DNA of 64,000 nucleotides, taken from contig JAHDNZ010000036.1 of assembly GCA_018435125.1 (NCBI GenBank), positions 31,014 through 95,013 of the forward strand, in the 5' to 3' direction. A program made the position numbers and the translations under genes. The DNA comes from Bacillota bacterium. Its GTDB lineage: Bacteria > Bacillota > DTU065. Shown here in pieces: positions 1 through 9,480 of this stretch. Within the stretch, counting starts at the first letter, position 1; every line of letters starts with the position of its first letter. Under the pieces are notes generated by a model, which saw nothing but the letters and a program-made list of their open reading frames with translations, was not told the origin of the DNA and made no database searches.

Positions 1-1
1 A

Positions 2-523
2 GCCATAGAAGACCTTAAAGATCTGATTTTTAAAGAATGCGGCCCCGAAGCTATTGCCGATATTAAAAACGCCTCCGAAAGTTTAAATGAAATACGGCAG
101 TTTACTGATATCTTTCTCAAGATACTAGGCGTTTTGGCTTTTTTTGCTGTAGTTGTCAGTTCAATTGGGATACTCAGTATTATGCTGGTAAATATCTTGG
201 AACGCACACGAGAAATAGGTATAAGACGTTCTTTGGGAACTAGTCAAAGAGCTGTCTTTTTTCAAATACTAATTGAATCAATGGTTCTTTCTTTAGGTGG
301 TGGTATATTGGGGGTAATCTTGGCCTTTATAATCACCTGTCTGTTCAATGTCTCTAATATCTTTGCTGTCTTTAACGAAATTTTTGCCTTACCAAATTTG
401 GGATTCAACATCGAAGCAGTTTTGGTGTCCTTAGCTCTAAGTTGTGTTGTCGGTGGTCTTTTTGGCATCTACCCTGCCTACCAAGCTGCTAAACTACCAC
501 CGGTTGAAGCCTTACAAGAATAA
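2..523 (+). CDS. ABC transporter permease, FtsX/MacB-type, C-terminal part (5' end lies outside window)
   Basis: Open frame runs from window edge with no stop. C-terminal 4-TM FtsX-like sequence with ERTREIGIRRSLG motif typical of MacB/FtsX permeases. Followed in operon by HlyD and ABC ATPase genes. Confidence 0.7.
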   Translation, partial: AIEDLKDLIFKECGPEAIADIKNASESLNEIRQFTDIFLKILGVLAFFAVVVSSIGILSIMLVNILERTREIGIRRSLGTSQRAVFFQILIESMVLSLGGGILGVILAFIITCLFNVSNIFAVFNEIFALPNLGFNIEAVLVSLALSCVVGGLFGIYPAYQAAKLPPVEALQE

Positions 524-542
524 TAAGGTTAGGAGGATAATA

Positions 543-1838
543 ATGCCCAAAGATAAGCCTATAATCAAAGAAAAGCCACATAGTAAAAAAACCCAGCGTG
601 AGCTGGGCCTAACCTGGTTTGTCCTTATTATTTTGGCCTTTTTAATCGGTGTCCCGGCTTATATATTTTTACCTAAGCATAAAACCTATAAGCTGGCCAA
701 TTATACCTACGCTACCGTGGGTGAAGCAACTTTTCGCGAGCTTATTCGGGGAACCGGCTCCTTAAAACCTCAAATCGGTCTTGAGATAACCAATAAATAT
801 AAAGGCATAGTTAAATCAGTCTCAGTTGAGTCTCTTTCTGATGTAACCAAAGGTGATCTCCTGCTTAAGATAGACTCACCCGAACTAAACAATAGCCGAA
901 AAGAACAAGAAGAACTTTTAGTCAAGGCTCAAACCGAACTGGAAAAAGTACTGATCGATAGGGAGCTGGAGCTGCAAAAACTTAACTGGTCAATCAGAGA
1001 ACAGCAAAAGGTAGTAAATGATAACCAAGACACACTTGAAGAGAAAGAACTGATGTATAAATTAGGTACTGTCAGTCAAAAAAGTTTAGAGGAAGCCAAA
1101 CTTAATGTGTTAAACAGTCAAGAAGAATTAGCTATGCGTGAAAAAAACCTAGCCAAAGTCGAAATCACTACCTCACTTGCTGTCGATACAGCTAACAAAC
1201 AAATAAAAACCATTACCGAAAAAATCCACGAGATCGAAAAAAGCATCCGAGAAAACACTTATACTGCCCCCATCACCGGTAAAGTCCTTGAAGTTTTCGT
1301 AAAACCGAGTTCGGAAATAAACGCCGGAACAACTCTCTTAAAAATAGTCAGTGTGGATGATCCTTATGTGGAAATAAAAATTGCCTCCCAAGATGCTGAA
1401 CGCATCGAAGAAGGTTTGCCTGCTCTGTTAAAAATAGCCGGACGCTCTCACCATGGAGAAGTTGCTAAACTCTCTTATGCCACTAGTCTAGAGCAAGGCA
1501 TTCCCTACCTATTGGCAGAAATTGTTTTTATAAACAATCCGGGTTTTATTCTACCCCATACCGAGGTTCAAGTAGAGATTGAAACTTCAAAAAGAGACCA
1601 GGTAGTATGTCTACCCCGCGGACCCTTTTTATCAAGCGGACAAAGTATGTTTGTCTATAAAATCGAAGGGGCTAAAGCATACCGTACTGATATAAAGTAC
1701 GGTGGATATGATGGTAACCTCATTGAAATCAAAACCGGTCTAAATCCCGGTGATAAAATTATCACCAGTTCTTATGAGGCTTTCAAGGATGAAAAAGAAA
1801 TCATTTTAAATCCTGAAGGAGGCAGAGCAGATGATTGA
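543..1838 (+). CDS. HlyD-family membrane fusion protein (periplasmic adaptor of tripartite efflux pump)
   Basis: ATG at 543 is preceded by AGGAGG at 531-536. One N-terminal TM helix, a long coiled-coil segment and a C-terminal beta-barrel-like region. Operon position between permease and ATPase. The ORF-track start at 444 is rejected because it overlaps the permease and has no RBS. Confidence 0.75.
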   Translation: MPKDKPIIKEKPHSKKTQRELGLTWFVLIILAFLIGVPAYIFLPKHKTYKLANYTYATVGEATFRELIRGTGSLKPQIGLEITNKYKGIVKSVSVESLSDVTKGDLLLKIDSPELNNSRKEQEELLVKAQTELEKVLIDRELELQKLNWSIREQQKVVNDNQDTLEEKELMYKLGTVSQKSLEEAKLNVLNSQEELAMREKNLAKVEITTSLAVDTANKQIKTITEKIHEIEKSIRENTYTAPITGKVLEVFVKPSSEINAGTTLLKIVSVDDPYVEIKIASQDAERIEEGLPALLKIAGRSHHGEVAKLSYATSLEQGIPYLLAEIVFINNPGFILPHTEVQVEIETSKRDQVVCLPRGPFLSSGQSMFVYKIEGAKAYRTDIKYGGYDGNLIEIKTGLNPGDKIITSSYEAFKDEKEIILNPEGGRADD

Positions 1839-2556
1839 ACTTAAGGACATTAAGAAGATTTATCAGTTAGGCCATAACAAGATTGAGGCCTTAGGCGGAG
1901 TTTCTTTGAAGATCAACCGCGGAGAAATGCTGGCTGTTATGGGTCCTTCCGGCTCCGGAAAATCAACTTTACTCCATATTCTAGGTTGTCTGGATCTCCC
2001 GGAAAGTGGTCAATATTTGCTTGAAGATACTGATATTACAAACCTCAGTGATAAAGAACTATCTCGTATTCGCAATGAGCACTTTGGCTTTGTATTTCAG
2101 GCCTATAATCTGCTTCCAGAGCTAAAAGCCTGGGAAAATGTAGCTTTACCGATGGTAATTAACCATGTTAAAAAAGCTGAACGTAAAGAACGTGCTGTAG
2201 CCCTGCTGCATAAAGTTGGCCTAAAAGAGCGTCTGAATCACTTCCCCAACCAGCTCTCCGGCGGTGAACAGCAAAGAGTAGCTATTGCCAGAGCTTTAGC
2301 TAATGATCCGGACCTCATTTTGGGTGATGAACCCACGGGTAACCTCTCTACTGTTCAATCTGACGAAATCTTAGAGATGCTTTGCCAGTTAAATGAAGAA
2401 GGCGTAACTGTAGTTCTGGTTACTCACGATTCAAATGTCGGAGCCAAAGCTAAAAGATTGGTAACACTTCAAGATGGTTTATTAGTACGTGATGTCCCTA
2501 TTGAAAAACGCCACTCTGCAGAGTACATTACAACCTTGTTGCAAGCTGCCAATTAA
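1831..2556 (+). CDS. ABC transporter ATP-binding protein (MacB/LolD-type ATPase)
   Basis: Walker [13 protein letters not shown] signature [15 protein letters not shown], Walker [13 protein letters not shown]-loop THD. GGAGG RBS 8 nt upstream. 8-nt overlap with the HlyD stop. Confidence 0.9.
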   Translation: MIELKDIKKIYQLGHNKIEALGGVSLKINRGEMLAVMGPSGSGKSTLLHILGCLDLPESGQYLLEDTDITNLSDKELSRIRNEHFGFVFQAYNLLPELKAWENVALPMVINHVKKAERKERAVALLHKVGLKERLNHFPNQLSGGEQQRVAIARALANDPDLILGDEPTGNLSTVQSDEILEMLCQLNEEGVTVVLVTHDSNVGAKAKRLVTLQDGLLVRDVPIEKRHSAEYITTLLQAAN

Positions 2557-2582
2557 AACAACTACTAACGGAGGTTTGGCTT

Positions 2583-3659
2583 ATGAAAAAAGCTTATCAG
2601 CTAGTATCTTTAATCTTCACTGTTGTCTTTCTTTTCTCGGCGATTGCCTTTTCGGAGGTAAAGCCTCTTTCCCTTTCAGAGTTTACTCAGCTGGTATTAA
2701 ATAATAGCCCTGAATTGAAAAAGACTAAGATCACCTTGGAAATAAAAGAGATTGACTATACCAAAGCAAAATATCAATCCCATAACCTAGCCTTAAAAAC
2801 TCTTAATGAAAAAGAAACTACTCTCTCTTTGGCTAAAGAAACAGTTGCTTCTACTAAAACACAGGTTATCCTAGATGCTAGTGAACAGCTCCTAAGTTTT
2901 TTGGATGCTAAAGCTAATTTACTGGAAAAAGAATTGCTCCTTGTAAAAAGTCAAAGAGATCTTACCTTATTCGAGTTTAGATTTGAAAAAGGTTTAATTT
3001 CAAAATCTGAACTTGAAAGCCATAAAGAACAAGTCAATCAAAACGAACAAGGCAAAAAGCAAGCAGAATACAGTTTAAAACTTCAAGTTATGAAGCTCAA
3101 CCACTTAGCCGGTCTACCTCTAGAAGATGAACTTGAGTTAGATATACCTCTCCTACCCCTACCTAAATTACCTGATAAAGATGAGCTTTACAAGGTTTTA
3201 CTCCAAGGAAATACTGCTCTAAAGCAATTGAAAAGCCAAATGGATGAAGCATCTCTGGCTTTAGAACTGCTTCATCTCCAACATGAAGCCGCCTTGACCA
3301 TAAGAGAAAAAGAGCTCCAACTAGAGGAATTGCAGCTTGATTTTAAAACTAAAGAAAGTGAAATTCTCTTTTTAGCTGAACAAGAATATGCTAACCTTTT
3401 GGAACAACTAAGAAGAACCGAATCCTTTCTAAAAGAAATAACCGCTTCCCTCTCTAAAGTAACAGAAGTTACAGAGCAGTATAAGTTAGGTCTAATTGCC
3501 CAAAATGAGCTGGAAGAAGCAAAATCCCAGGTTAAACTAACAGAATTAAAGGCTCAAAAAGGGGTTTTTGCCCTTACCATTGCACTTGGACATTTAGGGC
3601 TCCTTCCTGAAAGCTCTTCTTTAGATAATTTTTCCCTAGCAGGTGGGCCTAATGACTAA
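2583..3659 (+). CDS. TolC-family outer membrane efflux protein (short)
   Basis: Signal peptide (MKKAYQLVSLIFTVVFLFSAIAFS). Extensive coiled-coil/alpha-helical repeat character typical of outer membrane efflux proteins. C-terminal ALTIALGHLGLL resembles the TolC repeat ending. GGAGG RBS. Confidence 0.55.
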   Translation: MKKAYQLVSLIFTVVFLFSAIAFSEVKPLSLSEFTQLVLNNSPELKKTKITLEIKEIDYTKAKYQSHNLALKTLNEKETTLSLAKETVASTKTQVILDASEQLLSFLDAKANLLEKELLLVKSQRDLTLFEFRFEKGLISKSELESHKEQVNQNEQGKKQAEYSLKLQVMKLNHLAGLPLEDELELDIPLLPLPKLPDKDELYKVLLQGNTALKQLKSQMDEASLALELLHLQHEAALTIREKELQLEELQLDFKTKESEILFLAEQEYANLLEQLRRTESFLKEITASLSKVTEVTEQYKLGLIAQNELEEAKSQVKLTELKAQKGVFALTIALGHLGLLPESSSLDNFSLAGGPND

Positions 3660-4923
3660 ATTAAAACCCCAATCAATTCTTAGCTTTACAATAGTTGTTT
3701 TAATTTGTTTTTTGTTATTTCCAGGTTCCAAAATCCTCGCTCTTACCTTTCCCGAAGCATTTAACCTGGCCAAAAGTAATTCTAAGGGGCAGCTTAGTCA
3801 ACTTGAAACCGAAATAGCTCGACTCTCTCAAGCTCCAACTTCATTTATAGGTAAACTGTTAGCCACTACTGAGATTAACCTAAAAGCAGATACCTCGGGC
3901 AGTAAAGATAGTACTAACCTAAGTTTATCCGCCTTAAGCCAGGCCGATAATTTAACCCTGGCTTCAATCACCTATAACCCTCTGACTTCCGGGATTTCTT
4001 TTGCTCTATCCATACAACTCTATCCCCTAAAAACCAACGCCTCCTTAGCCAAACAAAAGCTTTCCCCAGATGAACTGGAAATAAAAATCCACACAGCCAG
4101 ATTGTTTTTTGCGGTATTTATTGGCCGCCTTGAAGTACCTTTAATAGAAAAAGACTGTCAGCTAAAAGAAGAGCATTTATCCTTACAGAAAGAAAAATTT
4201 TCTTTAGGTTTAATCTCTTTTGCGGAGGTAAAAAATGCCGCTAAGAATTCGAGTACTCTGCAAACGGAACTGAAATTAGCTAGAGAAAAACTAGTCAAAG
4301 ATGAAAATGCTTTAAAAAAACTGCTCGGGCTGTCTAACTTAAATGATCTTGACTTACAATTAGAACAGAATTGGCCACATATAGAGCAACTAGAGATTAA
4401 TCCTGAGCTTATAGCGGCCTTAGATCTACACCTTTTACAAGCCCAATCCGAATTAAGCCAGCTGGAAAAACAAAAAAAACCGCAAGTTTTTGCCAGCTTA
4501 AATCTCAATCATTTACCAAAAAACCAAAATTTTTTAACTCAGATTAGTTTTAGTCACAATCTTTATAAACCTCAACATACAAAACAGATAGCTCTTGCTA
4601 AACTAGAAGTTACAAAGCAAGAAATTCTTCTTAACGAAAAAAAAGAGGCTTTTTATGAGGAGGTTAAGGAAGCCCTAAACAGTTATAAAAAGGCTCAAGA
4701 GACCTGGCAAAATGCCGCATCTTCCCTTGCAGAAACCACTGAACTACTCGATTTAGCCAATACAGGTGCTTCTTTGGGTATCATATCTGAAGGAGAAATT
4801 CAAGAAATCGCTCTCGAATATGAGTGGGCTAAGGTTAAGGTAAGTAAAACTGCCTTAGATTGTCTACTTAGTTACTTTAATCTGCAAAAATATTCTGCTT
4901 CTCTTCCAGAGCTTAGCCTGTAA
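3652..4923 (+). CDS. TolC-family outer membrane efflux protein (second tandem copy)
   Basis: ATG at 3652 with AGGTGG just upstream. The track's GTG at 3643 sits inside that RBS. Signal peptide, helical repeat composition. Overlaps the previous gene's end, so the two are translationally coupled. Confidence 0.5.
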   Translation: MTKLKPQSILSFTIVVLICFLLFPGSKILALTFPEAFNLAKSNSKGQLSQLETEIARLSQAPTSFIGKLLATTEINLKADTSGSKDSTNLSLSALSQADNLTLASITYNPLTSGISFALSIQLYPLKTNASLAKQKLSPDELEIKIHTARLFFAVFIGRLEVPLIEKDCQLKEEHLSLQKEKFSLGLISFAEVKNAAKNSSTLQTELKLAREKLVKDENALKKLLGLSNLNDLDLQLEQNWPHIEQLEINPELIAALDLHLLQAQSELSQLEKQKKPQVFASLNLNHLPKNQNFLTQISFSHNLYKPQHTKQIALAKLEVTKQEILLNEKKEAFYEEVKEALNSYKKAQETWQNAASSLAETTELLDLANTGASLGIISEGEIQEIALEYEWAKVKVSKTALDCLLSYFNLQKYSASLPELSL

Positions 4924-4967
4924 ACAACTTATAGCAATTTAGATCCCCAAAATTAAAAGCAGAAAAA

Positions 4968-5017
4968 TTAAGGTTAAAAACTTTGGCTTAACCTTAATTT
5001 TTTAATCTTTTTTTCTG
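4968..5017 (+). terminator. Rho-independent terminator of efflux operon
   Basis: Perfect inverted repeat TTAAGGTTAA / TTAACCTTAA (4968-4977 and 4990-4999) followed by TTTTTTAATCTTTTTTT. Confidence 0.8.
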
Positions 5018-5135
5018 TTATTGCAGTGGCAATCTCTCTCTTTATTCTTAAAAAGCCTTGTAAGAAAAAGGACAATTGATACCCTCAGCGAAGAAATTTG
5101 TGGTAGGAAGAACGATTTAAGAAAGGAGTTTATCA

Positions 5136-6872
5136 ATGCCAAGAACTTTACAGCGAGTATTTCTACTCCTTTTATTACTGCTCTCATTTAGCGTTCTTAC
5201 CTTTGCAGATTTTATGCCCACTAGGATTAAGGAACTAAGCTTAGAAATAAGCAGTCTGGAAAAATCAATGGAAACAGCAAAGTTAGAAATGCGACGCTTA
5301 AACTACGATTTTCTTGAAGAAAAAATAAACCTTTTGCAACTAAACTTAGAAAAGGCTACCTTACTTGCTAAAAACAACCCTGATAGCCAAGAAGCCATCC
5401 AATTATTAGCAGACATCACTTTTATGCTAAAAGAAATCTCACCTTTTTTGTATGAGTCTTTACCAGTTGAAACCAGAGGGATTTGGCTTGACAATGCAAC
5501 TGTTGATAGTTTTTTTACTAGAGAAGATATAAGCAATTACCTGGATAAATTAAAAGCAATTAATGTTAATATAATCTTTCCCGATGTATATGGAAAAGGA
5601 TCAGCCATCTACCCTAGCGATGTAGTCCCTCAAAACTGGCGTTTTAAAACCATGTACAATGGCAAAGATATTCTTAAGGACCTAATTACCGAAGCACATA
5701 AAAGGAATATTGAAGTGCATCCACTGGTTAGGGTTTTTGCTCTGCATAATGATCCCGAACATTTTTTGGCAAGCCATATAGATTGGCTAGATAAAACCAA
5801 AGCAAATAACTATACCCTAGCCAATGGATTTTATTGGCTTTCACCGGTACATCCTGGGGTAAGGGAATATCTAATTGCTATGTTGGTTGAGCTGGCTAAT
5901 AATTATGATATCGATGGTGTCCATTTAGACTATATTCGCTTTGATTCAGATTATGGCTACAACGAATATACTCGCAATCTCTATAAAAAGTTATTTGGAT
6001 TAGATCCCCTAGATTTTAAAACTCCGAAACAAGAAGAAGATTTCATTATTTTCAAAACCCAATTCATTAATAGATTTGTGGAACGTAGTTTTAAGGAATT
6101 AAAAGCCATTAAACCGTCTTTAATAATATCGGCTGCTGCTTGCTCTCCGTACGCCTGGTATAAGTTAGAAAAGGGCCAGGACTGGTTAAGTTGGATGCAA
6201 AATAGAACTGTCCATTTTTGTACGCCTATGTCTTACCGCAAGACTGCCACCGAATATCTAGCTGTAGTAAATAGTGATCTAAACTCCGTGGCCCAATCAG
6301 GTTATCTCTTCACCGGATTAGGGGTTTATCTTTTTAACGATACCGTTTTACTAGAACAGATAGCCGCTGGTAGAAAAGCTGCCCTGACCGGGCAGATGAT
6401 TTTTTCAACTACCAACATGAAACTTTCACACTTTGATGTCTTACAAAAGGGTCCCTGGAGTAAACCCTCCATGCCAACATACCGTGACCCTATGGAAGCA
6501 GCTTATCAAATTTTAATCGACTTATGTCAAAGAATTATTGAGTTTAAACCAGTCCTTGGTAACTATTCTTTACAACTTGAAAAGTATATTTCTACCATTG
6601 AAAAACTAGCTAAGCAAGTTAAGGATTTAGAACTTAAACCCTGGGATACAAGAGATCTGAGGGAAGAATCGCCAATGGATGTAACCCAACTAGAACCCAT
6701 AATAAAGGCCATTGAAAGTTTTATTTTACAGCTTAAGCGTGAGAGTAAGAATGAAAACCTTATTCCGGTTATAACGGCTGAAAGAATAATTACCGATTTA
6801 AGTTGGGTAAATAGTCTACTCCTACCACTTCTTTATACCAGTAAACCCTACAAATTTATAGCTACAAAGTAG
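5136..6872 (+). CDS. Secreted glycoside-hydrolase-like family 10 (GHL10, YngK-like) protein
   Basis: AAAGGAG RBS. N-terminal signal/TM segment. Central region (IFPDVYGKGSAIYPSD...GVHLDYIRF) resembles the family-10-like glycosyl hydrolase domain of Bacillus YngK-type lipoproteins. Confidence 0.5.
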   Translation: MPRTLQRVFLLLLLLLSFSVLTFADFMPTRIKELSLEISSLEKSMETAKLEMRRLNYDFLEEKINLLQLNLEKATLLAKNNPDSQEAIQLLADITFMLKEISPFLYESLPVETRGIWLDNATVDSFFTREDISNYLDKLKAINVNIIFPDVYGKGSAIYPSDVVPQNWRFKTMYNGKDILKDLITEAHKRNIEVHPLVRVFALHNDPEHFLASHIDWLDKTKANNYTLANGFYWLSPVHPGVREYLIAMLVELANNYDIDGVHLDYIRFDSDYGYNEYTRNLYKKLFGLDPLDFKTPKQEEDFIIFKTQFINRFVERSFKELKAIKPSLIISAAACSPYAWYKLEKGQDWLSWMQNRTVHFCTPMSYRKTATEYLAVVNSDLNSVAQSGYLFTGLGVYLFNDTVLLEQIAAGRKAALTGQMIFSTTNMKLSHFDVLQKGPWSKPSMPTYRDPMEAAYQILIDLCQRIIEFKPVLGNYSLQLEKYISTIEKLAKQVKDLELKPWDTRDLREESPMDVTQLEPIIKAIESFILQLKRESKNENLIPVITAERIITDLSWVNSLLLPLLYTSKPYKFIATK

Positions 6873-6941
6873 ATAACAACCTAAAACTAATCCCTTCCTT
6901 AAGTTTGTGCGTTTTGCTAGGCAATTGCTTAACAAATAGCT

Positions 6942-6970
6942 TTGACAAGAGCCCTAGGCTCAGGTATAAT
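6942..6970 (+). promoter_or_regulatory. Consensus sigma-A promoter for tRNA-Pro
   Basis: TTGACA (6942-6947), 17-nt spacer, TATAAT (6965-6970). Mature tRNA 5' end is at 6981. Confidence 0.75.
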
Positions 6971-6980
6971 TATTTTGTTT

Positions 6981-7057
6981 CGGAGTGTGGCTCAGTTTGG
7001 TAGAGCGCTGCGTTCGGGACGCAGAGGCCCGGGGTTCAAATCCCCGCACTCCGACCA
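6981..7057 (+). tRNA. tRNA-Pro (anticodon CGG)
   Basis: Cloverleaf by eye. Acceptor CGGAGTG/CACTCCG, D-arm GCTC..GAGC, anticodon stem CTGCG/CGCAG with loop TTCGGGA (CGG, G37), T-arm CGGGG TTCAAAT CCCCG, encoded CCA. Confidence 0.9.
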
Positions 7058-7072
7058 TATAAAACCATTGAT

Positions 7073-7113
7073 AGCCCTCACTTTGTACAAATTTTAAAGT
7101 GAGGGCTTTTTGT
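7073..7113 (+). terminator. Rho-independent terminator after tRNA-Pro
   Basis: AGCCCTCACTTT ... AAAGTGAGGGCT hairpin followed by TTTTT. Confidence 0.8.
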
Positions 7114-7136
7114 ACACAAACAGAAAAATGTAGCCA

Positions 7137-7602
7137 TCATGTAGCCAACGGCATTCTAGGGCAGGAAGTCTCAATTACTCGATTAAAATACTTATACCAA
7201 AGACTAAGAAGCCACCGGCCATTTAACGAGTTGTTTCTTTGCATGGCTACCTTAACTATGACTCCGCCAAACAACCTCAAAAGGTTTCTCTTCCTTCGGT
7301 TCTTCTTTTGGCAATGCCGTTTAGCTCTAGCTGAAGGTGTTAGACCAAACTCGAAAGCGATTACTCGCATTTGATCGAAGAGCTGTTTTTTCTTAGTTAG
7401 GAGCGGATTTGGTATACTGTTGGTCTCTCCAGCCTTGTTGGCTTATTCAATTACAAATCCTTCTTTGCCGATGATCTCTGTAAATTCTTGGTAGCTGACA
7501 TAAACGTCTAAGTAGGTTGCTAGCATATCCACATAAACATTGGACATTAAGTCAACTTCCTGTAGCTCCTTCGCAATTCGGTTGAATGCTTTCTGTCTAA
7601 CA
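7137..7602 (-). pseudogene. Phage terminase small subunit (P27-family-like) remnant, N-terminally truncated and interrupted
   Basis: Minus-strand frame 7443-7602 reads ...KAFNRIAKELQEVDLMSNVYVDMLATYLDVYVSYQEFTEIIGKEGFVIE then a stop. The downstream ORF 7137-7370 begins with EFGLTPSARAK, which is the characteristic C-terminal motif of P27 terminase small subunits. The two pieces are broken by a stop or frame change. Confidence 0.4.
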
Positions 7603-7633
7603 ATCAACCCTTCTTTAATCTTATAGAATTTAG

Positions 7634-8150
7634 CTACTGTTTTAATCTGGAATACTGGTCATAGATCATGTGTGTCTCCATGTGGTCTTTGCAGTATTGG
7701 TACTCCGAAAACCGATTACATCCTATAGCTTTACCGGGTCTTAAAGCTTGTTTAAGCACATTGAAGAAGGAGTAGACCAACGTCTCTATCTTGCCGAGTA
7801 TATTCAGAATCTGACCATACATCCCATTCATCATATCTTCTCTTAATTAACCCTTCCAAAACTTTACCATTACTCCTTACCCATGATAAAAAATTCTTTA
7901 GTTCGACAGCAGCTGTCTTACCAGACTTTATAATCTTCCACATGTCCGACCTATCTATAATGTTTCCTATTCCAATATTAAATACAAAACTAACAATGGC
8001 GTCAAACTCCTGATGTTTTAGATCTACATTAATGGTCTCAAACAAGTCATTAGGTTCCTTTACTCTACTTTGAAGATCCTTCGTGAATAAATCCTTAGCA
8101 GCTTCAGGTGTAATACCGCGGGCGGAAACCCACTCACGCTGTATAACCAC
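7634..8150 (-). pseudogene. Phage-type lysozyme (GH24/Phage_lysozyme family) gene disrupted by a frameshift
   Basis: ORF 7752-8150 contains the QEFDAIVSFVFNIGIGN and GLIKRR motifs of phage lysozymes. The C-terminal continuation lies in another frame (7634-7834). No functional full-length frame. Confidence 0.55.
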
Positions 8151-8321
8151 TGTTTGTCCGACTATATTAATCGCTTGCAGGTGCGGAGATGGTCGCCGTG
8201 CGTGTAGTGGAGGAAACTGATAAGAAACAATGGAATGTAATTATGTATTTTCAAGTCAATACTACACACCATGTAAAGCAAAAAACTTTCCGTTGTCGAT
8301 TATCGTGAAAGCGAGGAAACT

Positions 8322-8909
8322 ATGAAAAAGCCTTTTGTTATCAGCATTTCTGGCATATCTGGCAGCGGTAAAACCACAATCGCTAACGCGCTGAAGAAAC
8401 GGGTTGCAAATACTGAAGTCATTAACTTCGATAATATTTCGGGAGATTTGCCCGGCCAAGATTACTGCGAATGGTCGGAATCAGGAGCAGACTGCAACGA
8501 ATGGATACTTACTCCAATAATTGATGAAATAGAGCGCTTATGCTCCGATCCGCTTGAATATATTGTTCTTGATTATCCCTTTGGGACAGCTCACCGTAAG
8601 GTTGGAGCATATGTAGATATTTCTGTTTGGATAGATATACCGCTTGATATATCACTTGCACGACGTATACTGCGTGACTTTACACGCTGCTCAAAAATAC
8701 GCCATCCACTAAAAGGACATGTAGCGGAAGAAGTATCATCATATCTTGATTATTACCTTGCTCGACATAGGGACACATATTTACGCCATATTGAAACAAT
8801 TAGACCATTTGTCGATTTAATTGTTGACGGTACAAATACGCCAGAAGAAATTACAGATGAGATATTGTCCTATATCAATACCCGTAACCATTTACGATGC
8901 CCTCATTGA
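8322..8909 (+). CDS. P-loop NTPase / small-molecule (nucleoside-type) kinase family protein
   Basis: N-terminal Walker A ISGISGSGKTT. About 195 aa. Noticeably higher GC than flanks. First gene of a tightly packed 4-gene cassette. Confidence 0.5.
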   Translation: MKKPFVISISGISGSGKTTIANALKKRVANTEVINFDNISGDLPGQDYCEWSESGADCNEWILTPIIDEIERLCSDPLEYIVLDYPFGTAHRKVGAYVDISVWIDIPLDISLARRILRDFTRCSKIRHPLKGHVAEEVSSYLDYYLARHRDTYLRHIETIRPFVDLIVDGTNTPEEITDEILSYINTRNHLRCPH

Positions 8910-9480
8910 TGAAATCAACGACCCCGTCTGCGACCCGGTACTGCTAAGAGAATATATGGACAAATGGGACGGCGAAGTATTCATTGAAGTACTGCAGTTT
9001 TCGCCGGACAAGACAGTTTTAGAAGTAGGCATTGGAACAGGGCGGCTTGCGGTGCGCATTTGCGGTAAATGCGAACGTTTCACCGGCATTGATATATCAC
9101 CGAAAACCATTGAGAGAGCAAAAGAAAACCTCCGGGGTTTTAATAACGTTTCTCTTATTTGCGGCAACTTTCTTACTTATCAGTTTAATGAGAGATTTGA
9201 TATAATCTACTCATCTCTCACTTTTATGCACATTCAGAATAAGCGAGCGGCAATTCAGAGAGCAGCAATCCTTCTTAATCCCGGTGGTCGGTTTGTATTG
9301 TCTATTGATAAAAACCAGCAGATGGAAATTGATTATGCAAGTGGCTATGGTAGTCGGAAAATTGTTGTTTATCCCGACACACCGGAGGAAATCACCGCTT
9401 TAATTACCGAAGCTGGATTAAATATCGAGAAACAATTTGAAACCGAGTTTGCTTTGATTATCACTGCAAGGAAAGGATGA
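8857..9480 (+). CDS. Class I SAM-dependent methyltransferase
   Basis: Motif I VLEVGIGTGRLA plus post-I acidic residue. Start is ambiguous: TTG 8821, ATG 8857 or ATG 8956. The 5' end overlaps the kinase gene in another frame. Confidence 0.55.
   Translation: MRYCPISIPVTIYDALIDEINDPVCDPVLLREYMDKWDGEVFIEVLQFSPDKTVLEVGIGTGRLAVRICGKCERFTGIDISPKTIERAKENLRGFNNVSLICGNFLTYQFNERFDIIYSSLTFMHIQNKRAAIQRAAILLNPGGRFVLSIDKNQQMEIDYASGYGSRKIVVYPDTPEEITALITEAGLNIEKQFETEFALIITARKG

Noticed and set aside
262-468. Numerous 60-140-aa antisense ORFs listed in the track inside large confident genes (for example 4158-4508, 5303-5536, 20798-21055, 28119-28553, 37773-38057, 42657-42866, 53417-53803, 54539-54907, 57073-57465, 58680-58934)
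   Set aside because: Fully embedded opposite well-conserved genes. No RBS or domain signal. Expected by chance at this AT content.
2489-2704. 71-aa ORF spanning the ABC ATPase end and the TolC-like gene start
   Set aside because: Out of frame with two well-supported genes that have strong RBSs.
7099-7374. 91-aa plus-strand ORF after the tRNA terminator
   Set aside because: The opposite-strand frame carries the P27 terminase C-terminal motif EFGLTPSARAK. The plus ORF has no RBS or domain signal.
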